DNA of 64,000 nt from Chrysomallon squamiferum (lineage: Eukaryota > Animalia > Mollusca). Location: assembly GCA_012295275.1 (NCBI GenBank), contig CM022667.1:14198001-14262000 (forward strand), written 5' to 3'. The notes under the pieces were generated by a model. That model was not told where the DNA came from. It was given only the letters and a program-made list of their open reading frames with translations, and did not search any database. Below are positions 42,412 to 59,667 of the stretch, piece by piece (position 1 is the stretch's first letter; each line of letters starts with the position of its first letter). Both the position numbers and the translations under genes were made by a program.

Positions 42412-45083
42412 TTTCTTAATATACATATAATTATTATTATGATGATTATTATTATTATTATTATTTTACATTCAGTGAAGGATGGGAGAAACTGCAAACT
42501 GATTTTCTCAAAAATGCTCATTGTGGTATTATTAAACAAACGTATACTAAACCAGCAAAATTTATAATCATTTCACTTTACCGATCATCATTTGTATCAC
42601 TGGATCTCTTATTCAAAGTAATATCAGATATGGAATATGGGTTACAATGCTCATTTACATCTTTATATCATTTTATTAATTATATCTACATTTTCAGGCA
42701 ATCATTGTACATTATGACACAATAAAAGAACTCCTGAGAGGTCAAATAACTGGACAAATATTAGCACTCGTTAAACCTGGTGACAACTCAGACGAAATCT
42801 ATTTCGATGGTATCCTTGGAGATGTGACTGCTGTAAGTAAAGTAACGGTTGTACTTATTAGTTTCAATATCTGTTATAATTTTTCTATCTATCTATCTTT
42901 CTCTCTGTATATCAATGTACATATCTCTTGATCTGTATGTTTAAGTATGTATGTGATTGCATATGCATATATATATATATATATATAATAACTATTGTAA
43001 ATGTAACTGCTATACCAAAACAGTAAAGTATACCATTTGTTGTACCGTATATACTTGTGTACATGGCGACCTTATGTATAAGTCGATGTGTATTTTAAGA
43101 CCAAAAATTGCGTCATTTTAGGTATTACTTGTGTATAAGTCGGCTGTAGATTCCAGGCACCGTCACTATTTTTAGACCAGTGTGACAGTGCCATGAAGGC
43201 CTACATTGTAAGCGTTCTGTAACATAACTTGCACGAGCTGTAACTTGCACGAACATACCATAATAACGTAAATGCATGTATTACACGAGCTATAGCCTAA
43301 ATTTATCATAAATAGTATCTCTTTAATGTAATAGGTCTAACATGGAGACCTAACTTACCGTTATATTTAGCCGTTCTATGATTTACAAAATTTGTCGGTA
43401 GTGGATATTAATGACGATTGCAATATTATTTCACCAAATTCTTTACAATTAAACAAGTGAGTTTTGTTTATGAAATTAGGACCGATATTTAGTGCAATTT
43501 GGCAGAGAAGTCTGCATTCCTAGATCACTGCAAGATGCCGTAAGGCATAAAGCCGTGCTGACGGTTTTCTCGCTTTAAAATGTATTTTTATGTCATTAAA
43601 CGGAAGAATATCATGTTTTACATTCATATTTGGTTTTGTTATGTAATTTTTCAAAATTTTTTAAACGATAAAATTATATTTTTGAAAAGCTGAAAGACCG
43701 CGATTATTTTACACGCATCCCGTAGCAAAAAATAGTCAAAATGGCAACTCTTCAGCAACAGCTACAAAAGCATTACCTATGTATAAGTCGACCCCCAAAA
43801 TATTACCTTAATATAGTCTCCCAAAAATTCGACTTATACACAAGTATATACGGTAAATGTAATATTCACGCTACTGACTATGTGCTGTTTTATAATGAAA
43901 AATAGAAAAGTATATCAAGACGCTATGCGGATGAAATGAAGTGCTTCAGTGTACGGTATCGCTGACGAGTGAAAGGTAGCCATTCCGTGCGGCAACTTTA
44001 ACAATACGCTTTTCTGTTTTGTTGACGAATTCGATTACACAGAATTAATAGACGTGTGCTTGTGTGCGGAAATGATCGTCCACTGTATATTGTACGAGTT
44101 TCCTCTAGTACTGCATTATATGGGATTGTTCATTTGTGACATTATACGAGATAAATGACATGCTGTCACTTTATTTGATTTTATCACTTTATTCTGTTGA
44201 TACTTAACATTATAAACGACTTATTCACGATTACTGATAAACTTGCATTGTGCTCTACTCTTATTGTATTTCAGGGAACTAATGTAGATGACCGGCTGTC
44301 GACCACGGCCATTGTGTTAAGTACCTTGATGAATAGCTGGTCTGTGTTCGATTCCGACACTAAGACGTTGTCCTGGTTCAGTGGTGAGCTTGTCTTGCTG
44401 TTTTTGTTGTTGCTAAATCTGTTGGAATTATAGACATAAATGCAAGTATGCGTTTGGTATAAATACCAGAAGGATAATAAAGAGCTACTTTTTCGACATG
44501 GAAGCCGTAAGTAAGAAACAAAAATATATATTTTTAGAAGGAAGCGCCAAATACTCAATTAATGCTTTGCATACTTGCTTCTGTACCGATTTTACACCCA
44601 TTTCTAAATCCACTTCCTTTCGAAACGCAGAATAAACTTCATATAGATCAGTATCGCATACGTACGTTTTTTATTCAGAATTGTTCAGTGTATTGTATCT
44701 TGGTGTTGTTTTGCATGTTTACCTGCAGACACGTCGACAGATGTTCATCAGACCGTGACGGCAGGTTGCAGGTGGCTGGAGAAAAATATCTTAGGAAGTC
44801 GATACAAACATAAAGACGCGTTTTTCACGGGAGGGTTTGTAGGTCCGGATGTACGTATTGTGTATGTGTGTCCGCGTGTACGTGTGTGTGTGTGTGGGTG
44901 TTTTAGTGTGTTAATTTTACGTAATGAAACAAAAGGTCTTAGTGATTAATCTATAAAGAAATTAAGTTTAAATTAAACTGAGAAATAAGCCAGACATAAC
45001 AAAAATATCAGTTAATAACATTTTCCTTTAAAAATAAAAATAAAAAGTAAAAATAAAAATAAACATAAAAATAAAAATAAAAA

Positions 45084-45115
<32 letters not shown>

Positions 45116-45682
45116 CAAAGAAATAAAAAGTAAGTAAATAAATAAACAAACAAACAAACAAAGAAATAAATATATAAAAGGAAAATAATGGAAACAATCT
45201 TGACAAACTCGCTGTTTTGATTGACTGATTATAAGAACAATCTACAGAGAAAAATAAACTGATAAAGAATTATTTATAAGGATGCAAAATACAGTATTGC
45301 TGAAATCAACTAAAAGCTTATGATTGTATGTTTTAAATGTAGACCATTTTATATATATATACTTACACCACGGCTTTATGTTTTAGTATTATATTCTTAG
45401 GGTTACAATTTCTGGTATCCTACAAATCGGCTGGAATATCCCAACGGAACAAGTGTAAACGAGGACATGGGATTTCCACAAGAAAGTTACATGGGATTTG
45501 TCGAAGGCGTCATTCCAGAAGAAGAATACGAAGCCATGTTGAACGAGAAACACTTTGGTGTGAAGACGCCACAGAAGTTTCTTGGAATGGAAGATTCGAT
45601 ATACCTGTATTGGTCAACAGAAGCGTTCACGTACGCTACAGCGCTACTAACTTTGTCACAGTGCAGTGTTATTCAGGAATAA
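39595..45682 (+). CDS. Gene B1: second clade of the same family, 603 aa (625 aa if the upstream in-frame ATG at 39529 is used): join(39595..40139,40781..41075,41662..41811,42109..42282,42698..42832,44275..44383,44729..44850,45401..45682)
   Basis: GT-AG introns occur at the same positions and phases as in the A genes. Exon lengths 545+295+150+174+135+109+122+282 = 1812 nt give an open frame. Shared motifs include AYRPF, AIAPKSYY, KTLDDPEL, IYLNTT, DLAL.YY, EIYFDG.LG, YEAMLNEKHFGVKTPQ and YWS.EA.TY. The N-terminus MLKLYVSIQFVSFIACCCCVINS is signal-like. Confidence 0.9.
43045..43853. mobile_element. 809-bp non-autonomous DNA transposon (MITE), Tc1/mariner superfamily, Tc2/pogo-like, in intron 5 of B1
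   Basis: It has perfect 17-bp terminal inverted repeats CCGTATATACTTGTGTA (imperfect to ~25 bp), flanking TA on both sides (43043-44, 43854-55) and a repeated subterminal GTATAAGTCG motif. There is no long ORF. It is absent at the equivalent site in B3. Confidence 0.88.
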
Positions 45683-46424
45683 TTAATTATAAGTCTTCAA
45701 TACAGTTCAGATTTTATGCAGTGAACTGGGTTATGAAATTTAAAAGAAAAGAAAAAAAACTGTCCGATATATCTTAAGTATTTTTGTTTAATTATATATC
45801 TCTCTATATCTACCTGTGTACACTTGTGTGTGTTCATTTGTGCTTGAATAATTCTGAATGCTCAAGTAAAAACGTACGTATGCTATATATATATATATAT
45901 CTGTGTTCATTTGTGGTTGAATAATTCTGAATGCACAAGTAAAAACATACGTATGCTATATATATACATTTGTATATTTTCTGACATTGACCAGAAATAT
46001 AGCCTGTTGGGATGGAATTGCATTTACGTCGAAATATTATTTGTTTTTGTTTTGTATTTATGAAAATATTACTGAAATATAAAATATAGGGTATTTAAAT
46101 ACAGGGTATATCATCGTTATTAATTTTATTTTTTTATTTGTTTATTACAGTTTTTAACTTCGGACAACGGGAATAAATTGTAATTCAATGTTACTGTGAA
46201 TGAAAAATGAAAAGTATCTGTGAAACGGGTTCAGATTTTCACGTTCTAGATTATCTTCTACGACTTTTAAATACGATATTCTCTTAAAGCCCTGTTAAAC
46301 ACCCACACAAATATATATAAACGGACACACTCACAACCACAAATATATATATATATATATATATACATATATATACACACACACACACACATACACACAT
46401 GCGGATATATTCATACACACATAA

Positions 46425-46455
<31 letters not shown>

Positions 46456-46882
46456 ATGAAAAATTAGTAATGTTAAAAAAAAAACCTAACATTGCTATCC
46501 GCTAACTCATGACTGCCTGTTTTGTAACTTTTCTTGTAGGATCTAGTATTACTGTCATTTCCTAATTTAAGCTTTATGTTAAATGATAATACTTACTTAC
46601 TTACTTACACTCAAAAGATTTTAATATTTGTGAAGTTGTCTTTTCTGTCTGTTCAGCTATATTTCACAAATATACAATTTAGTCTGGCAATTTTGGTTGA
46701 CATTATCCTGTTTTCTATTTTTTATTTCTCACTTTCGTTTTTATGCAGTATATGCTAAAAATCTTAATCACAAAAACACTTTAATGATATTTCAGTAGTC
46801 TCATCATTTATTCAACTTAACACTACAAACATAACAGTGCCGTTCAATCGAATCATTTGTTATAAACATTAAATAGAAGTTA

Positions 46883-47036
46883 TGACGTCAACAATTATAT
46901 GACGTCAACAATGACATTATTCGAACTATCTATTTTCACTATCGTATAAAAGGCGTTCAGCAAACTTGAAAACTGAGTAGAAAAAACCATGACAGACTGA
47001 GTTACAAGACTGACGTTCTCGTTGTACGAAGTAAGT
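46883..47036 (+). promoter_or_regulatory. Candidate Pol II promoter for B2: two full CRE palindromes, a TATA box and a short non-coding first exon
   Basis: TGACGTCA at 46883-46890 and 46900-46907, TATAAAAG at 46945-46952, and a consensus donor GAA|GTAAGT at 47031. A candidate acceptor TAG at 48068-48070 lies just before the ATG at 48085. Confidence 0.5.
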
Positions 47037-47184
47037 TATTATACATTATGATATTTGTATTTAATTATTCATTATTATGTATGATGATACCTGTCATTTT
47101 AACAGTGGTCAGAGATCATTCTACCGAGTCCATTATCATACTAGTATATAGGTATTTAATTTACAATTCATGCCAGATATTACT

Positions 47185-47276
<92 letters not shown>

Positions 47277-47954
47277 TTAAATTCAGTGAAGGATGGGAGA
47301 AACTGTAAACTGATTTTCTCAGAAATGCTCATTGTGGTATCACTCTCGTTGTAAACAGCTGTCCTGCATCTTTATCTTTAAGAGCTGATTGGAATTAGAA
47401 AAGAAAAAAAGGTGTAACTGCAACGTACATATTTAACAAAAAATTATTCCGATTAGAACATAAAATTGTAACTTGACTTGAAAATAAAATCTAGCATCAT
47501 AACCTGGATTTGTTTAATGGTGATGTATTCAAACTATTTAGAGTAATGATATTATTAAAAAAAAAAATTATTACTTTCCGCATGTGGGGAAACATTCACA
47601 CAAAATTAAATATAATTATAACAAGTCAGTGGATTTACAATAATAACAAAAAATATACAACATATCCACGGATTAGACATCGGACATGTGCTGGCAATCG
47701 TTTTCAACAAAACAAAGGATATTACAAAACGAAGCAACGGGAATTCTCTACAGAAGGCGTAATTACAACATCGGCTGTTGTCGACTAGAATCACATAACT
47801 GAGCAAAACAGAGCCACGGATATCTGTGTATTAGGTGTTTGATTTATTAACTGAATGTATATATTGAGTTATATTTATGTAATTTCACAAACTGACATAA
47901 ATTTAGGGTTTAGGAACGGAATTAGGTACATACCATAGACACACACAGCCACAC

Positions 47955-47998
<44 letters not shown>

Positions 47999-48150
47999 AT
48001 GTCGTCATGCTTTACTGAACTGCTGGATCTGTCCATTTATTTGTATTCAAATTTCATTGGTCGTTGATAGGCCATTAGTAAATAATGGGAAAGATATATA
48101 ACCATTATGAACTGCTTAATTTTCTCATTGTTCTTTATGTTTATGATAAC

Positions 48151-48805
48151 ATGTTGAAGTTATACGTAAGTATTCAGTTTGTATCTTTTATAGCATGTTG
48201 CTGCTGTGTAATCAACTCGTCCTCGCAATCACTTTTGTCCCGTCTCGCTGAAAAGGTCTCGGAACTTCATATAAACTCTGGTAAGCATGCTGGATTGTAC
48301 TCAGACAACGTGTACATCCACGTACCGCCTTCCATGGCGCCTCACAAACACCAAAAGGGCTGTAGTGATGTCAACATATTTCGGACAGAATGGATTGTCG
48401 TATGTCTCCTGGAAGCGTCACTGTACAGTGGGATTCCGTTCGTAACATCGCAAGAACTTCTTTCAACATTAACAGCAATCCGTAGAGGTCAAGATAAAAA
48501 TGTTCCGTACAACACTTCGGCAACTAACTTTTATGAACAGACATACAATGTGGCGGAAGACTGGTGGATGAATATCCAGCCAACTGACTGTAACTTTGAC
48601 AACATGGCTTATTTGTCTGCCGAGGAAATTGCTCAGTATCTGCAAGAGAAAGGTTATGAAAACGCGGACACATTTGCAAAAGCAATACGGAACGAGTAAG
48701 TATTTAGATTTCTTCAAATACATTTAACAAATTAAAACAAATCTCCGCCAATAGGCTTTATCGTTTAGTGCCAATACTTTCCAGAATACATATATAGAAT
48801 AGAGT

Positions 48806-48837
<32 letters not shown>

Positions 48838-50707
48838 TTATTTATTTATTTATATTCACATTTAGATATTGAACCTTGTTTTCCTTTTTTCTGTTTTACG
48901 ACAGATAGAAGGTTTTTACAATGTATCTACGCAAAACTATTGTGCTGAAATTTCTAACCTGTTTCTGCGAATGCATTTTAGACAGGTTTTGATCAGTTCG
49001 GTGATGTTTCGTGTTTGTAAACAACTGTCGCTAACTGTCACAGGTAGGGACTCTACCAGCTAGTTTACATTGCATTTGCGCCTTCGTTTGAATAGTTTAC
49101 ATCTCAAGTAATCAAAATCAGCTTAACGATTTTGCCTCTGATTTTGCTTTCTGTGAAGTTTGTTGAATCGAACAAACTTTGTTTTTCATCGTTAGAAAAA
49201 AAAAAGCAAATGCAAAAGCAAAACAAAGAAAGAAAAGAAAACATTTCCGTTCTGATCATTTGCTGTCAGAAATCGCACAAACAGGTGTATATATATATAT
49301 ACATGCACACATAAATCATTTCATTGTCATTCGCAGCTTGTGGGAAAATGCTGTTACAATAAACCCTCCTGATTTTGATGGCACATTCTCAAATCTAGCA
49401 ATTGGAACTCTTCTGGAAGAAACAAGAAAACTCTTCCCAGAAGGCCGCAGATACTGGATGGAAGGAAATGCCAATTTTTCTTCTAGCTTAGAGAGTATAA
49501 AAAAATTTGCTTATCGACCTTTTGCAGATGACTTCACTAAAGCAATAGCCCCCAAATCGTACTACTTCCTGCGCCATTTCATTCATGAAGCTGAAGCTAA
49601 TGGCGATGACCTCAGTATCGTTTCAACGTGGGTGAGAATAATATGACAATTTGTTGTTGTTGCTGCAGTAACAGTAGTAGTGGTGACAGCGATACTGATG
49701 CTGCTGTAAGCAATGTTTTAACGATATTGCAATCAATACATGTTATAGTAGAAGTGGTAATTGTATTACTAACAATAAATATTATAGTGGTAATAGTAGT
49801 TGTAGTAGTGGTAGTGCTGTTGCCGTGGTAATGGTAGTGCTGGTGGTAATAATAATACTGACTGCAGGTTGCAAAAAAGTATATAAGAATTGGTGGAAGT
49901 CATAGTAGTAATTTGCAAGTGGAACTGATGGCGATGTTAATAGAAGTAATAGTAATGGTAGTAATATTACTGTTGCTGTTGTTGCTGTAGCAATAGTACT
50001 GGTGGTTGTAGAATAGTGATGGTGATAGTAATAATACAGAGTGATGTTGGTAGTAATAATAAAAATAGTAGTAGTACAGTGTAGTAGTAGTAGTAATAGT
50101 AGTGGTGATGGTTTTAAATGTAATGGCAGTGCTGGTAGTACTAACAGTAGTGGTGATGGTGGTTGTGATTGTGGTGTTGGTGTGCGTTACTCTACTAATA
50201 ATTAAGTGTATTATCTCAGCCACTAAACGAGTTCCAGGCTCACTGGGATGCGTCACTACTTACTAACACCATCGATCTGATGATTTGTCACCGAGTGGTT
50301 TGCACAACGACAGAGGCCATATTGACAAAGATTCTTCCTGCAAAGACATTGGACGACCCAGAGCTACAGGTTTGAAAACAAATACATCGCTAATGCTTTC
50401 ATTTCAGTCAAATAAAAATACAAAAAGATAAATTAAATAAATTTAAAGAAAAAAGCAAGAAATAAATTAATTATTATGAAGGTGGGAACTAGTTAAAGAA
50501 CATGTAGAGATGATACTTTTTTCGATAATGTTTATATATATATGTATATATAATTATTGCAGGGAATAAATTGCACGGAAAAGTACAGGGAATTTCATAT
50601 GTATGTAGTATATATTATGACACACATGAATATAAAAATAAAAATTATTTCTTTTCTATATAGAAGATCTACCTGAATACCACATCACTAATAAAAGTAT
50701 ATGACTG
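48151..50707 (+). CDS. Gene B2, partial (cut by the assembly gap): join(48151..48695,49337..49631,50220..50369,50664..>50707)
   Basis: Copy of B1 at +8556 bp, with exons 1-3 intact. An extra A in exon 4 (ATAAAAGTAT vs ATAAAGTAT) lies ~12 bp from the contig end and may be a consensus error. The upstream in-frame ATG is at 48085. Confidence 0.8.
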
Positions 50708-50907
50708 NNNNNNNNNNNNNNNNNNNNNNNNNNNNNNNNNNNNNNNNNNNNNNNNNNNNNNNNNNNNNNNNNNNNNNNNNNNNNNNNNNNNNNNNNNNNN
50801 NNNNNNNNNNNNNNNNNNNNNNNNNNNNNNNNNNNNNNNNNNNNNNNNNNNNNNNNNNNNNNNNNNNNNNNNNNNNNNNNNNNNNNNNNNNNNNNNNNNN
50901 NNNNNNN
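50708..50907. other. Assembly gap of exactly 200 N
   Basis: Read directly. The round size suggests a scaffolding placeholder, so the true distance and orientation are unknown. Confidence 0.98.
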
Positions 50908-56611
<5,704 letters not shown>

Positions 56612-57476
56612 GTTATCATAAACATAAAGAACAATGAGAAAATTAAGCAGTTCATAATGGTTATATACCTTTCCCATTATTTACTAATGGCCTATCAACG
56701 ACCAATGAAATTTGAATACAAATAAATGGACAGATCCAGCAGTTCAGTAAAGCATGACGACATTATGTGTGTGTGTGTGTGTGTGTCTGTGTGTTTTGTG
56801 TGGCTGTGTGTGTCTATGGTATGTACCTAATTCCGTTCCTAAACCCTAAATTTATGTCAGTTTGTGAAATTACATAAATATAACTCAATATATACATTCA
56901 GTTTATAAATCAAACACCTAATACACAGATATCCGTGGCTCTGTTTTGCTCAGTTATGTGATTCTAGTCGACAACAGCCGATGTTGTAATTACGCCTTCT
57001 GTAGAGAATTCCCGTTGCTTCGTTTTGTAATATCCTTTGTTTTGTTGAAAACGATTGCCAGCACATGTTCGATGTCTGATCTGTGGATATGTTGTATATT
57101 TTTTGTTATTATTGTAAATCCACTGACTTGTTATAATTATATTTAATTTTGTGTGAATGTTTCCCCACATGCGGAAAGTAATAATTTTTTTTTTTACTAA
57201 TATCATTACTCTAAATAGTTTGAATACATCACCATTAAACAAATCCAGGTTATGATGCTAGATTTTATTTTCAAGTCAAGTTACAATTTTATGTTCTAAT
57301 CGGAATAATTTTTTGTTAAATATGTACGTTGCAGTTACACCTTTTTTTTCTTTTCTAATTCCAATCAGCTCTTAAAGATAAAGATGCAGGACAGCTGAAT
57401 ACAAGTAGAGTGATATCACAATGAGCATTTCTGAGAAAATCAGTTTACAGTTTCTCCCATCCTTCACTGAATTTAA

Positions 57477-57568
<92 letters not shown>

Positions 57569-57716
57569 AGTAATATCTGGCATGAATTGTAAATTAAATA
57601 TCTATATACTAGTATGATAATGGACTCGGTAGAATGATCTCTGACCACTGTTAAAATGACAGGTATCATCATACATAATAATGAATAATTAAATACAAAT
57701 ATCATAATGTATAATA

Positions 57717-57870
57717 ACTTACTTCGTACAACGAGAACGTCAGTCTTGTAACTCAGTCTGTCATGGTTTTTTCTACTCAGTTTTCAAGTTTGCTGAACGC
57801 CTTTTATACGATAGTGAAAATAGATAGTTCGAATAATGTCATTGTTGACGTCATATAATTGTTGACGTCA
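57717..57870 (-). promoter_or_regulatory. Mirror copy of the candidate double-CRE/TATA promoter and non-coding exon, upstream of B3
   Basis: TGACGTCA at 57846-57853 and 57863-57870, TATAAAAG on the minus strand at 57808-57801, and a donor GT at 57722-57721. Confidence 0.5.
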
Positions 57871-58298
57871 TAACTTCTATTTAATGTTTATAACAAATGA
57901 TTCGATTGAACGGCACTGTTATGTTTGTAGTGTTAAGTTGAATAAATGATGAGACTACTGAAATATCATTAAAGTGTTTTTGTGATTAAGATTTTTAGCA
58001 TATACTGCATAAAAACGAAAGTGAGAAATAAAAAATAGAAAACAGGATAATGTCAACCAAAATTGCCAGACTAAATTGTATATTTGTGAAATATAGCTGA
58101 ACAGACAGAAAAGACAACTTCACAAATATTAAAATCTTTTGAGTGTAAGTAAGTAAGTAAATATTATCATTTAACATAAAGCTTAAATTAGGAAATGACA
58201 TTAATAGTAGATCCTACAAGAAAAGTTACAAAACAGGCAGTCATGAGTTAGCGGATAGCAATGTTAGGTTTTTTTTTTTAACATTACTAATTTTTCAT

Positions 58299-58391
<93 letters not shown>

Positions 58392-58827
58392 GGTTGTGAG
58401 TGTGTCCGTTTATATATATTTGTGTGGGTGTTTAACAGGGCTTTAAGAGAATATCGTATTTAAAAGTCGTAGAAGATAATCTAGAACGTGAAAATCTGAA
58501 CCCGTTTCACAGATACTTTGCATTTTTCATTCACAGTAACATTGAATTACAATTTATTCCCGTTGTCCGAAGTTAAAAACTGTAATAAACAAATAAAAAA
58601 ATAAAATTAATAACGATGATATACCCTGTATTTAAATACCCTATATTTTATATTTCAGTAATATTTTCATAAATACAAAACAAAAACAAATAATATTTCG
58701 ACGTAAATGCAATTCCATCCCAACAGGCTATATTTCTGGTCAATGTCAGAAAATATACAAATGTATATATATAGCATACGTATGTTTTTACTTGTGCATT
58801 CAGAATTATTCAAGCACAAATGTACAC

Positions 58828-58867
<40 letters not shown>

Positions 58868-59069
58868 CATACGTACGTTTTTACTTGAGCATTCAGAATT
58901 ATTCAAGCACAAATGAACACACACAAGTGTACACAGGTAGATATAGAGAGATATATAATTAAACAAAAATACTTAAGATATATCGGACAGTTTTTTTTTT
59001 CTTTTCTTTTAAATTTCATAACCCAGTTCACTGCATAAAATCTGAACTGTATTGAAGACTTATAATTAA

Positions 59070-59636
59070 TTATTCCTGAATAACACTGCACTGTGACAAA
59101 GTTAGTAGCGCTGTAGCGTACGTGAACGCTTCTGTTGACCAATACAGGTATATCGAATCTTCCATTCCAAGAAACTTCTGTGGCGTCTTCACACCAAAGT
59201 GTTTCTCGTTCAACATGGCTTCGTATTCTTCTTCTGGAATGACGCCTTCGACAAATCCCATGTAACTTTCTTGTGGAAATCCCATGTCCTCGTTTACACT
59301 TGTTCCGTTGGGATATTCCAGCCGATTTGTAGGATACCAGAAATTGTAACCCTAAGAATATAATACTAAAACATAAAGCCGTGGTGTAAGTATATATATA
59401 TAAAATGGTCTACATTTAAAACATACAATCATAAGCTTTTAGTTGATTTCAGCAATACTGTATTTTGCATCCTTATAAATAATTCTTTATCAGTTTATTT
59501 TTCTCTGTAGATTGTTCTTATAATCAGTCAATCAAAACAGCGAGTTTGTCAAGATTGTTTCCATTATTTTCCTTTTATATATTTATTTCTTTGTTTGTTT
59601 GTTTGTTTATTTATTTACTTACTTTTTATTTCTTTG

Positions 59637-59667
<31 letters not shown>

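Noticed and set aside
47048-47806. 86-, 92- and 66-aa ORFs in the B spacer, also present at 56946-57705
   Set aside because: They are conserved only because the spacer is a near-identical inverted copy. They show low complexity or no motifs, and probably lie in a 5' UTR intron.
50690-50700. Frameshift in B2 exon 4
   Set aside because: It is a one-base homopolymer extension ~12 bp from a contig end, where neighbouring intron bases also show small indels. It is not enough to call B2 a pseudogene.
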